From positions 53,901 to 117,900 of the forward strand of contig CALNYA010000069.1 in NCBI GenBank assembly GCA_942490575.1: 64,000 nucleotides of DNA, given 5' to 3'. The stretch comes from an uncultured Verrucomicrobiota bacterium. Lineage in GTDB: Bacteria; Verrucomicrobiota; Verrucomicrobiia; Limisphaerales; CAIMTB01. The notes under the pieces are model-generated. The model saw nothing but the letters and a program-made list of their open reading frames with translations. It was not told where the DNA came from and did not search any database. This document shows, in pieces, positions 20,299 to 29,148 of this stretch (positions are counted from its first letter, which is position 1; the number at the start of each line of letters is the position of its first letter). The position numbers and the translations under genes are program-made.

Positions 20299-22920
20299 TC
20301 AGCGGCCCTGCCGCGCGAGTTCGGGCGGCGTCGACTGGAGCGCGCGAACGAAGAAATCCCCGCGAAGGCGCCGGCCGTAGTCGGATTCGATCGCGCCGTG
20401 ACCCGCCCCCGGGAATGGCAGGAACTCGAACGGCTTCCCGGCTTTGATCAGGGCGTTGACCACTTGAAAGGTGCTGGACGGATCGACGTTTCGGTCCAGT
20501 TCGCCAACGGTGAGCAGGAGTTTTCCCCGAAGCTTGTGGGCCTGGGTGACATTGGACTGCTCCGCGTAGTGCGGTCCGACCGGCCATCCCATCCACGCCT
20601 CGTTCCACCAGATCTTGTCCATGCGGTTGTCGTGGCACCCGCAGTCCGCGACGGCGGCCTGGTAGAAGTCCCCGTGGGCGAGCAGCGCGCGCAGGGCGTT
20701 TTGGCCGCCCGCCGAGCCTCCGTAGATCCCCACGCGTGAGAGATCGAGTTCGGGAAACCGAGCCGCCGCCGCCCTGAGCCAAGCGATCCGGTCTGGGAAG
20801 CCGGCGTCGCCGAGATTGCGCGATGCGACATCATGGAATCGCTTGCTCCGCCAGTTGGTTCCCATGCCGTCGATCTGCGCGACGACAAACCCTCGGTCGG
20901 CGAGCTCCTCCTGGCGTCCGTAGGTCGCGCGGAAGGACTTGGGCACGTGCTGGCCGTGGGGGCCCGCGTAAATGTGCTCGATGACGGGGTACCGGCCGGC
21001 GGGATCGAATCCTCGGGGCCGGTGCAGGATACCCCAGATGTCGGTTGTTCCGTCGCGGCCTTTGGCGACGAAGCGTTCCGGAAGGCGCCCGCGTTCGGCG
21101 ACGACCTCCGACGCGTCGGCGGTTTCCAGGAGGCACACCCGGTTGCCCGTCGCCGCGTTTCGCAACTCCGAGATCGGCGGCAGGTCCACGCGGGACCAGG
21201 TATCGATGAAGAACTCGCGGTCGGGGGACCACTCGATTTCATGGGTGCCATCGCCTTCGGTGAGCGCCACGAAGCCGCCGCCGTCGAGGTTCACCCGGGC
21301 GAGATGAACGTGGTACGGATCCTGGTTCGGCCAGATTCCGGACACGCGAATCCAAACATGCCTCGCCTTGGCATCGAGTTTGTCGACACCTCGGACCACC
21401 CAATCTCCCCGGGTGATGGGATTCCTGATCGCGCCTGAGCGGGCATCGACGAGGTGGAGGTGGTTCCATCCGCTTCGCTCGGACATCCAGACCAGCTCGC
21501 GGTCGGCGTCGAGGAATTCGAGGAACGTCTTGTTCGAATAGTCGATGAAGGTCGCGGACTTCTCCTCGACGAGGCTTGTCACCTCGCCCGTGGTTCCGTC
21601 GACGGCCAGCAGTCGGAGGACCTGATGTCCGCGCTGGTTGTGGAGGAACGTGAAACGCCCCGGGTTGTCGGGCGACCAGCGGAATTGTCCAAGGGACCAA
21701 GGATTCGGGAACAGATCCGTTTGGATGGGGATCTCGCGGGGTTCCGCTCCGTCGACGACGAAGAGGCGCGGGTTGGGAACGGGCAGTTCATCCCCCGCCT
21801 TGAGGTACGGGTACGATGAGGCCTTCGGCTGAAGCTGATCGGAGGGCGACGACTCGATGAGCTGGACGTGGCGTTCCGGGATGGTGCGAGTCTGAAGCGC
21901 CACGACCCGGATGGAATCCGGTGACCAGTGGGCGTCGGGCAGCGTGGGAGGCGCCTCGGCGGCGTCGTAATCCATGCCCACGAGGCGCGCCCTCTGGGAG
22001 TCCTTGTGGAAGGTATGACCCGGACTGCCGTCGTACGACAGTTGGGTTTCGGCGGCGGTCTTGATGTCGCGCACCCAGAGATTGTGATCTCGGACGAACA
22101 GGGCGCGGGCGCCGTCGGGGGATCGGACATCGCGTTGGAATTGGGTGGCGTCCGCCTGCCGGCGGCGTTGGCGTTGGCGCGGTTCAGGCTCGCGATCCTC
22201 GATGATGGCGCGGCCTGATGCGCGAGTGGCTTCGAAAACCCGCTGTCGGGAAGCATCCAACTCAGCGGCCCAGACGTGGCCGGCAAAGGTGTGCTGGCGG
22301 CGGGTCGAGCCCGCCTTGAGGGTTCCGTACGGCTGCCGATTGCCCTCGGCATCGATCCAGTAGAGGCGCACCTCCGCGCCGGACCGGTTGTCGAAAAGGA
22401 TGCTGGTCTCGGGTCCGTTGCCACGCGACGGACGGACCTCGGGTTCGGCGGGAAGCGAGTCGGCTTCGGACGGTTCCGCGGCTTCGAGTTCGTAGCTTGC
22501 GAGATTGAGGCGCCAGCTGCCGTCGGGGCCCGAGAGGGTGACGACGGCGAGGTCTTCCGAGAACTCCAGGCGATCGACGGGAAGACGGTCCTGGGAGATC
22601 TCACGATCGAGCCGGATCGAAAGGGCCGCGGCCGCGCGGACGTGGTCGAAGGCGGATTGGCGGGAGCCGTTCCGGGTATCGATCAGGATGAACTCGAGGG
22701 TTTCGGCGGGGAGGCTGTTGCGGTACCAAAACATCGAGTTCGTCGCGAACCAGTTGGGTTCGATCTTGTCGCCATAGACCCGTGGCGCGGCTGAAAGGGC
22801 CGACAAGGATATCAACCCGACGAAGGCGGCCCAGGGGATGATCTGGAGGAGCCGGCGGCTCGGGGGGATGGGTGGGCGCATACGGGGAGCGTGCTCGAAA
22901 GCCGTGCCGGGGGGAAGCAC
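20299..22920 (-). CDS. S9-family serine peptidase (dipeptidyl-peptidase IV-like beta-propeller plus alpha/beta hydrolase)
   Basis: 873 aa with a catalytic Ser in IYGGSAGGQNAL, a later Asp (GELDRNVD) and His (GAGHG). A long N-terminal propeller-like region is present. The likely start is MRPPIPPSRRLLQIIPWAAFVGLISLSALSA (22881). Confidence 0.9.
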   Translation of the reverse strand: MLPPGTAFEHAPRMRPPIPPSRRLLQIIPWAAFVGLISLSALSAAPRVYGDKIEPNWFATNSMFWYRNSLPAETLEFILIDTRNGSRQSAFDHVRAAAALSIRLDREISQDRLPVDRLEFSEDLAVVTLSGPDGSWRLNLASYELEAAEPSEADSLPAEPEVRPSRGNGPETSILFDNRSGAEVRLYWIDAEGNRQPYGTLKAGSTRRQHTFAGHVWAAELDASRQRVFEATRASGRAIIEDREPEPRQRQRRRQADATQFQRDVRSPDGARALFVRDHNLWVRDIKTAAETQLSYDGSPGHTFHKDSQRARLVGMDYDAAEAPPTLPDAHWSPDSIRVVALQTRTIPERHVQLIESSPSDQLQPKASSYPYLKAGDELPVPNPRLFVVDGAEPREIPIQTDLFPNPWSLGQFRWSPDNPGRFTFLHNQRGHQVLRLLAVDGTTGEVTSLVEEKSATFIDYSNKTFLEFLDADRELVWMSERSGWNHLHLVDARSGAIRNPITRGDWVVRGVDKLDAKARHVWIRVSGIWPNQDPYHVHLARVNLDGGGFVALTEGDGTHEIEWSPDREFFIDTWSRVDLPPISELRNAATGNRVCLLETADASEVVAERGRLPERFVAKGRDGTTDIWGILHRPRGFDPAGRYPVIEHIYAGPHGQHVPKSFRATYGRQEELADRGFVVAQIDGMGTNWRSKRFHDVASRNLGDAGFPDRIAWLRAAAARFPELDLSRVGIYGGSAGGQNALRALLAHGDFYQAAVADCGCHDNRMDKIWWNEAWMGWPVGPHYAEQSNVTQAHKLRGKLLLTVGELDRNVDPSSTFQVVNALIKAGKPFEFLPFPGAGHGAIESDYGRRLRGDFFVRALQSTPPELARQGR

Positions 22921-22928
22921 CCGGGGGT

Positions 22929-23027
22929 TAGGGGTCAGTCAATGGTATTGGAGTATTTGGCGGTAGGGCATCGGCGAGAATCCGCGTGCCCAACCCGATA
23001 CTTCAATACCATTGACCGACCCCTTTG
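22929..23027. repeat. MITE-like / REP-like hairpin element, copy 2
   Basis: Sequence taggggtcagtcaatggtattggagtatttggcggtagggcatcggcgagaatccgcgtgcccaacccgatacttcaataccattgaccgacccctttg. The arms of about 38-41 nt are mutually complementary and surround a roughly 16-nt loop. Confidence 0.8.
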
Positions 23028-23084
23028 CCGCAATCACCGGAATGGGGCTTCGCCCGTGTTGGGGAAGAGGCTAGGATCGTTGTC

Positions 23085-23333
23085 ATGGAACGGGTGGTCA
23101 GGCGATTTGGGTCCCACGCGGAAGCGGAAGCGGCGGATGCGGAATACTACAGGAACTTGACCCCCGAGGAGCGGCTTGACCTGTTGCTCCAGATGGTTAG
23201 TCGGGAGACCTCGAATGAACCTGAGCAAAGACTTGAGCGAGTTTATCGGATTGCTCCGCTCCACGGGGGTGAACTACCTGATCGTCGGGGGGCACGCGGT
23301 GGCGTTTCATGGTCACCCGAGGTTCACCGGTGA
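23085..23333 (+). CDS. Small hypothetical protein, possible partner of the downstream nucleotidyltransferase-fold protein
   Basis: The inner start of ORF 23025..23333 reads MERVVRRFGSHAEAEAADAEYYRNLTPEERLDLLLQMV... Its 3' end overlaps the next gene by more than 100 nt, so the true stop or frame is uncertain. Confidence 0.4.
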   Translation: MERVVRRFGSHAEAEAADAEYYRNLTPEERLDLLLQMVSRETSNEPEQRLERVYRIAPLHGGELPDRRGARGGVSWSPEVHR

Positions 23334-23691
23334 CATTGATTTTTTCGTCGAGCGTACCGAGGCCAATGCCGCCAAGCTGGAGGCAGTCCTTCGGGATTTC
23401 GGATTTGGCGGGCTTGGTCTGAAGGCGTCGGATTTTCTGGAGCCTTCGGTCGTCATTCAGCTGGGGCGCCCGCCCGGGAGGATTGACCTGCTGACATCGA
23501 TCGACGGGGTGGAGTTCGGGGCCGCCTGGGCGAGCCGTGTCTCGACTGAGATGGGAGGGCTACCTGTTTGGGTCATCGGGAAGGAGCACCTGATTCTCAA
23601 CAAACGAGCCACGGGCCGGGCCCAGGATCTGGCGGACCTTGAGAAGATCGAGGGCGTCGGGCCGACCGGGTTCAAGCCAGGAGTTCCTTGA
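23215..23691 (+). CDS. Nucleotidyltransferase-fold protein of unknown function
   Basis: MNLSKDLSEFIGLLRSTGVNYLIVGGHAVAFHGHPRFTGDIDFFVERTE... The GG...G...T-GDID pattern resembles a minimal nucleotidyltransferase, and the C-terminus reads KRATGRAQDLADLEKI. Confidence 0.5.
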   Translation: MNLSKDLSEFIGLLRSTGVNYLIVGGHAVAFHGHPRFTGDIDFFVERTEANAAKLEAVLRDFGFGGLGLKASDFLEPSVVIQLGRPPGRIDLLTSIDGVEFGAAWASRVSTEMGGLPVWVIGKEHLILNKRATGRAQDLADLEKIEGVGPTGFKPGVP

Positions 23692-25132
23692 CCACTCGGG
23701 CGGGTTCGACGCCGGTCAGGCGGCCGTCGAGGCCCTGGTACTTGAAGGTGAAGCGTTGGTGATCGATTCCGAGGAGGTGGAGGATGGTGGCGTGGAAGTC
23801 GCGCACGTGGACGGGGTCCCGGACGATGTTGTAGGAGAAGTCGTCGGTTTCTCCGTGGACGGTTCCACCCTTGGCGCCGCCTCCCGCCATCCACAGGGTG
23901 AAACAGCGTGGATGATGATCACGTCCGTAGTTGTCCTTGGTGAGGCCGCCCTGGCTGTAGATGGTCCGTCCGAATTCGCCGCCCCAGATGATGAGCGTGT
24001 CCTCGAAGAGGCCTCGTGACTTGAGATCCTGGATGAGGCCGTGGATGGGTTGGTCGACGTCCCTGCATTGGGACGGCATGCGACCGTTGACGTTGGCGTG
24101 GTGATCCCAGTTGTTGTGGTAGATCTGGACGAAACGGACCCCGCGTTCGAGGAGGCGCCGGGCCAGGATGGAGGTGTACCCGAACGAGCCGGGGTTGCGG
24201 GCGTCGTCGCCGTAGAGCTTGTAGGTGGATTCCGGCTCGTTCCGCACTTCCATGAGTTCGGGGACGCTGGCCTGCATGCGGTAGGCCATTTCGAACTGCT
24301 GGATGCGCGTGTGGGTTTCGGGGTCGCCGACGGCGGCGTAGTTCGATTCGTTGAGGCGGCGGAGGCCGTCGAGTTGGCGGCGCCGGAGGGCGGTGGGGAC
24401 ACCCGGCGGGTTGTTGATGAAGAGGATGGGATCGCCGCTGCTGCGGAACGAGACGCCGGCATGTTCGCCGGAGAGGTAGCCGCTGGACCAGAGGCGGGCG
24501 GAGATGGCCTGGAGCTGTTCCTTGTTGGTGGGTTCGGCGACGAGGACGACGAACGTCGGGAGGTTGGCGTTGATCGAGCCGAGGCCGTAGCCGACCCACG
24601 AACCGAGGCACGGCCGGCCCCCGATCTGGTTGCCGGTCTGCATGTGGGTGATGGCCGGTTCGTGGTTGATCGCCTCGGTGTGCATCGACCGGATGAAGCA
24701 CAGGTCATCGACGCACCGGGCGGTGTGCGGAAGAAGCTCGGTGTTCATCCACAGTCCGCACTGGCCGGCGGGACTGAACTTGTATTTCGAGGGTGCGATG
24801 GGGAAACGGGCCTGGCCGGAGGTCATCGTGGTCAGGCGCTGACCCATGCGAATCGAGTCGGGGAGATCCTTGTCGTACCACTCGGCCATTCCGGGCTTGT
24901 GGTCGAAGAGATCCATCTGGGAGGGGCCGCCGACCATGTGGAGGTAGAGAACCCTCCGGGCTTTGGGAGCGAAGTGCGGAAGGAGTGGACGGGAACCTGA
25001 GTCCTCGCCGGCCCAGGCGTTGAGCCGGTTGCCGAGAAGGGAGGTGAGGGCGGCGTAGCCGAGCGCGTTTTTGCCTCGGGCGAAGAATTGCCGGCGGGTT
25101 TCCAGGAGGCGGTTTTCTTGGATCGGGTTCAT
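23672..25132 (-). CDS. DUF1501-family (sulfatase-like) protein
   Basis: It starts at MNPIQENRLLETRRQFFARGKNALGYAAL (Tat-like). It then has ...VLYLHMVGGPSQMDLFDHKP..., ...IIWGGEFGRT..., ...GRDHHPRCFTLWMAGGG... It lies immediately downstream of a DUF1549/DUF1553 gene, the standard pairing in Planctomycetes and Verrucomicrobia. Confidence 0.9.
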   Translation of the reverse strand: MNPIQENRLLETRRQFFARGKNALGYAALTSLLGNRLNAWAGEDSGSRPLLPHFAPKARRVLYLHMVGGPSQMDLFDHKPGMAEWYDKDLPDSIRMGQRLTTMTSGQARFPIAPSKYKFSPAGQCGLWMNTELLPHTARCVDDLCFIRSMHTEAINHEPAITHMQTGNQIGGRPCLGSWVGYGLGSINANLPTFVVLVAEPTNKEQLQAISARLWSSGYLSGEHAGVSFRSSGDPILFINNPPGVPTALRRRQLDGLRRLNESNYAAVGDPETHTRIQQFEMAYRMQASVPELMEVRNEPESTYKLYGDDARNPGSFGYTSILARRLLERGVRFVQIYHNNWDHHANVNGRMPSQCRDVDQPIHGLIQDLKSRGLFEDTLIIWGGEFGRTIYSQGGLTKDNYGRDHHPRCFTLWMAGGGAKGGTVHGETDDFSYNIVRDPVHVRDFHATILHLLGIDHQRFTFKYQGLDGRLTGVEPARVVKELLA

Positions 25133-25172
25133 GGCGGGTGGACGGTGGAGGTGGGCGTCGTGGGGCCGCCCC

Positions 25173-28100
25173 TCACTTGGTGAGGGCTTCGTCGAGGTTG
25201 AAGAGTTGGTTCGCCACGAGAGTGAGGGCGGCGAGTTGGGCTGGTGGAACGGACGGATCCGGAGCCGATTCACCGACATGGAGGAACTGGGCGGCCTCAT
25301 CGGGATGCTCGGCGTAGAACGTCTGGGCCGCGTCGAGCATGGAGGCCACCTCGGCGAGTTCGCCGGGCTGAAGCGGGCGGACGAGGATGCGATCGGCGAG
25401 CGCATCGAGCGCCCCCGCGAGTCGGCCGTTGGCCCCGGTGTAGGCGTGTTCGGCGAGGACGCGGGCGGCCTCGATGAACTGGGGATCGTTGAGGGTGGCG
25501 AGGGCCTGGAGGGGGGTGTTGGTGCGCTCGCGACGGACCGTGCAGGACTCCCGGCTCGGGGCGTTGAAAAGGTCGAGAAAAGCCGGCGGCGCCGAGCGCT
25601 TCCAGAACGTGTAGAGGCTCCGCCGGTACAGGTCGGGTCCCGAGTCGCGTTTGTAGTCGCGGGTATTGCTCTCGCGCATGGCGACGGCTTCCCACACGCC
25701 GTCGGGTTGGTACGGCTTGACGCTGGGGCCGCCGATCCGGTCGCCGAGGAGTCCGGAGGCCTGAAGCGCGTAGTCCCGGAGCATTTCCGCGTCCATCCGG
25801 AATCTTGGACCGCGGCTGAGCAGGCGGTTTTCCGGGTCTTTTTCGGCCTTCTCCGGCGTGATGACCTCGCTTTGCCGGTAGGTGGAGGACAGGACGAACA
25901 TTTCGAAGAGGCGCTTCACGTCCCACCCGCTCGCGGTGAATTCGACGGCGAGCCAGTCGAGCAACTCGGGATTCACCGGGGGTTCGCCCATCACGCCGAA
26001 GTCCTCGGCGGTCTTCACGAGGCCCACTCCGAAGACCTCCTGCCAGAACCGGTTGACGGTGACGCGGGCGATGAGCGGGTTCCCCGGGGACACCAGCCAT
26101 TGGGCGAGGCCGAGACGATTGGTGGGGGCGTTCGACGGGAATGGATGGAGGGCCGAGGGCGTGCCCGCGACCACCTTGTCGGTGGGACGATCGTATTGTC
26201 CGCGGGCCAGCATCGCGGTCATGGGGATCGAGTCTGGTTTTTCGCGCTGCACGTGGGTGACCGGGTACCGCAGGCGAATGCCCTCGCTCTCGCTTTCGAG
26301 TGCGGCGAGGTGTTTCCGCGCATCCTGAAAGGGTGCGTGGTGGAGGAGGAAGTAGTCGAAGGCCTCCTGACGGGCTTCGGGTTTCCAATCGGCCAGCGGA
26401 GTCGCCAGGAGCTGGCGGACGTCGTCGATCTTGGCGAGGGTCCGCACTTCGGGGGGAGCCAGGACCCGGGTGTGGATTCGGAGATCCTGAATCGAGCCAC
26501 CCACAAAGGAGGATCCCGTGCTGCGCCCGCCGAGTCGGAGCGGCGTCTTGGTCCGAAACGATTCGCGGACGCGACCCGGCCCGTCCCGTTCGGTCTCGGC
26601 GGCGGTTCCGTCGACGAAGATCCGGACGCCTTCGGGACGGCCCGTGCCGTCGTGGGTGACGGTCACGTGCTGCCATTCGCCTTTCCGGGCGACGCGTTTC
26701 TTGGTGCGGACCTTGACGGCGTCGTCGGGCCAGCGATGCACGAGGTGGGTGGCGAACTGTCCCTGCTGAATCCAGAGGTCCCAGCCGCGGTGATCGTCGG
26801 CCTCGTCCATGCGGGCGACGAGCGCGGCCGATTCGTTGTAGGAGGGTGGAACAAAAACCCAGGCGGAGACGGAGAATGGTTGGCCGAGGTCGAAGTCCCC
26901 GACATCGCCCAGGTTGACCGTGCCCTCCTTTTCGAAATGGAGGGAGGATCCCAAGTGGCCGTTCGTGGCCCAATGCACATCGCCCTCGGTGGTTGCCGTC
27001 ACCCGGGTTCCGTTGGTTGTGATGTGGATCGGATGGTCCGACCCGTCATGGAGTGGGGCGTGGACGGCGAGGTCGGATTGGAGATCGCGCTCGATATCGG
27101 CGAGTGTGAGATGGCCGACCCAAGCTTCAAACGGCGTTTCGGCGTCCTTCCGACGGGCGTCGACGTCGGCCTTGGCGGTGTGGATCAGGGGCGGGAGGGC
27201 GCTCCAACGGGCGCGGTCGGTGGGATCCGTGATCACGGACATGTTGGCGTTCGCGCCGTCCTTCACGTTGCCGTCGAAGCCGGACTGGGTCGTGTTCCGG
27301 AAGAACGCGGCCATGGAGTAGAAGTCGCGCATCGTGATCGGGTCGAACTTGTGATCGTGGCACGCGGCGCAGTTGGCGGTCAGGCCGAGCCAGACCCAGG
27401 AGGTGGTGGTGACCCGATCGTTGGCGTAGTTGACTTGGTTCTCCTCCTCGATGGTGCCGCCTTCGTTGGTGGTGGCGTTGCAGCGATGAAAGCCGGTGGC
27501 GACGAGTTGGTCGTCGGTGGGATCCGGGAGGAGATCCCCGGCGATCTGTTCGATGGAGAACCTGTCGAAGGGAAGGTTGCGGTTGAACGCCCGGATGACC
27601 CAGTCGCGGTAGGGCCACATTTCGCGGTAGTTGTCGAAGTGCAGTCCGTGGGTATCGGCGTAACGGGCGGCATCGAGCCAAGCCCGCGCCCGCGCCTCGC
27701 CCCAGCGGTCGGATGCGAGGAGCTTTCGGACCGCCCGTTCGTAGGCGTCGGGGCTGGTGTCGTTCGCGAAGGCTTCGACTTCGGCGGGGGATGGGGGAAG
27801 TCCGGTCAGGTCGAGGGCCACGCGGCGGAAGAGCCTGCGCCGATCCGATTCGGGGGCTGGTGAGAGTCCGCCGGCATCGAGGCGCGCCAGAACGAAGGCG
27901 TCGATGGGACTGCGGATCGTGAAATGGGGATGGCGTTTGGCGAGTTCGATGGTGTCGGGCACGGCGGGCCGGCTGGGAGCGTCGAAGGACCAGTGGCCCT
28001 GCCACGGAGCGCCTTCGAGGATCCAGCGTTTCAGCAGGTCCCGCTGGGCTGGTTTGAGGTCCTTGTGGGAATCCGGGGGCGGCATGACATCGTCGGGGTC

Positions 28101-28376
28101 CGTGGTGACGATGCGTTTCCAGAGTTCGCTGGACTCGGGTTTTCCTGGAAGGACGATGGCGGGGCGCTTGGGAGTGGCTTCCAGGAGGCCTTCCCGGGTG
28201 TCGAGCCGCAGGCCGCCCTTGCGGGTGCCCGGGTCGGGGCCGTGGCACGCGAAGCACTGGTCGGAGAGGATCGGCTTGATGTCGCGATGGAAGGCGATGT
28301 CGGCGGACGAGGCGGCCGGGACGATCGCGGCGAGCATCGCCGCGAGGAGGAGGGTGGCGGCCGGTGGTGTGCGCAT
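25173..28376 (-). CDS. PSCyt/DUF1549/LamG/DUF1553 multidomain protein
   Basis: It starts at MRTPPAATLLLAAMLAAIVPAASSA. A cytochrome-c-like CFACHGPD motif is followed by a DUF1549-like region (…RRVALDLTGLPPSPAEV…), a central LamG-like segment and a DUF1553-like C-terminus (…NRFWQEVFGVGLV…). Confidence 0.9.
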   Translation of the reverse strand: MRTPPAATLLLAAMLAAIVPAASSADIAFHRDIKPILSDQCFACHGPDPGTRKGGLRLDTREGLLEATPKRPAIVLPGKPESSELWKRIVTTDPDDVMPPPDSHKDLKPAQRDLLKRWILEGAPWQGHWSFDAPSRPAVPDTIELAKRHPHFTIRSPIDAFVLARLDAGGLSPAPESDRRRLFRRVALDLTGLPPSPAEVEAFANDTSPDAYERAVRKLLASDRWGEARARAWLDAARYADTHGLHFDNYREMWPYRDWVIRAFNRNLPFDRFSIEQIAGDLLPDPTDDQLVATGFHRCNATTNEGGTIEEENQVNYANDRVTTTSWVWLGLTANCAACHDHKFDPITMRDFYSMAAFFRNTTQSGFDGNVKDGANANMSVITDPTDRARWSALPPLIHTAKADVDARRKDAETPFEAWVGHLTLADIERDLQSDLAVHAPLHDGSDHPIHITTNGTRVTATTEGDVHWATNGHLGSSLHFEKEGTVNLGDVGDFDLGQPFSVSAWVFVPPSYNESAALVARMDEADDHRGWDLWIQQGQFATHLVHRWPDDAVKVRTKKRVARKGEWQHVTVTHDGTGRPEGVRIFVDGTAAETERDGPGRVRESFRTKTPLRLGGRSTGSSFVGGSIQDLRIHTRVLAPPEVRTLAKIDDVRQLLATPLADWKPEARQEAFDYFLLHHAPFQDARKHLAALESESEGIRLRYPVTHVQREKPDSIPMTAMLARGQYDRPTDKVVAGTPSALHPFPSNAPTNRLGLAQWLVSPGNPLIARVTVNRFWQEVFGVGLVKTAEDFGVMGEPPVNPELLDWLAVEFTASGWDVKRLFEMFVLSSTYRQSEVITPEKAEKDPENRLLSRGPRFRMDAEMLRDYALQASGLLGDRIGGPSVKPYQPDGVWEAVAMRESNTRDYKRDSGPDLYRRSLYTFWKRSAPPAFLDLFNAPSRESCTVRRERTNTPLQALATLNDPQFIEAARVLAEHAYTGANGRLAGALDALADRILVRPLQPGELAEVASMLDAAQTFYAEHPDEAAQFLHVGESAPDPSVPPAQLAALTLVANQLFNLDEALTK

Positions 28377-28538
28377 GAGAATTTGGGGGTGGACCGGGGC
28401 TTTCGGGATGGTTAGCCGCCTGACGAATCTCCGCAAGGGCGCGCAGGAGGCCCGCATTGCGGGAACAGGGCTTGGCATCAGCCTCCCTGGCGTGTAAGTC
28501 GTGGCGCATGGAGGCGAGCATTAGCCAGGCCGGGGCGT

Positions 28539-28626
28539 TGTCCCATGTGTCCCATGTGTCCCATTGGACCCGGCAAGACCCGCAGCCCCAATGAGACCTA
28601 TGAGACCTATGGGACATATGAGACTT
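28539..28626. promoter_or_regulatory. Inverted arrays of 9-bp repeats in a divergent intergenic region
   Basis: The left array is 3 x TGTCCCATG/T (28539-28565). After a 25-nt spacer the right array is 4 x ATGAGACCT / ATGGGACAT / ATGAGACTT (28591-28626). ATGGGACA is the reverse complement of TGTCCCAT. Every right-hand unit carries an in-frame ATG of the downstream ORF. Confidence 0.6.
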
Positions 28627-29076
28627 GGAGTGGCGGTTTGGGCTTTGAGTGTCGGGGCTTGGGCGCAGGCCTTGGGCGAGGGCTATCGAATGACCGCCCA
28701 AGTCACGGGCGGCGGAGGGGTGTCGCACGGGGGATCCTACCGAGTCCGAGGTTCGGTCGCGCAGCCGGTGATGGGACGCTCCAGGGGGGGCTCGGGGGAA
28801 GGTGAAGCCGCGGTCTCGTACACGCTGGTCGGGGGCTGGCTGGGACAGATATTCCCGTCAGGGGATCCGGTCCAGCCGAGCCTACGAGTCCGCATCACCG
28901 AGGACTGGCTCATGGAGTTGTCATGGGACGGAAACGTCGTGGGTTTCGTCCTCGAATTCTCGGGGTCGATCGGACCCGACGCGGACTGGCAGCCCGTGAG
29001 TCCGCAGCCGACGGGCTCCGGGTATACGACGCTTTGCGAGCAGCCGACCTGTTACTTCCGACTGCGTCGCCTCTGA
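28618..29076 (+). CDS. Small secreted protein of unknown function
   Basis: MRLGVAVWALSVGAWAQA is a signal peptide. It is followed by GGGGVSHGGSYRVRGSVAQP...YTLVGGWLGQ and a C-terminal beta-sandwich-like domain ending CYFRLRRL. The start is ambiguous among four ATGs spaced 9 nt apart. Confidence 0.45.
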   Translation: MRLGVAVWALSVGAWAQALGEGYRMTAQVTGGGGVSHGGSYRVRGSVAQPVMGRSRGGSGEGEAAVSYTLVGGWLGQIFPSGDPVQPSLRVRITEDWLMELSWDGNVVGFVLEFSGSIGPDADWQPVSPQPTGSGYTTLCEQPTCYFRLRRL

Positions 29077-29148
29077 GGCGCGCGCGCTCAGGTGGGACGG
29101 GACTCCCGGAATCGGGCCGGTGCGGGCCGGTGGTTTCTTTTGGCGCGG

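Noticed and set aside
25071-28728. Long ORFs 25071..27863 (+), 25297..26973 (-) and 27127..28728 (-)
   Set aside because: They are antisense or alternative frames of the DUF1553-family gene 25173..28376. They have biased low-complexity composition and no motifs.
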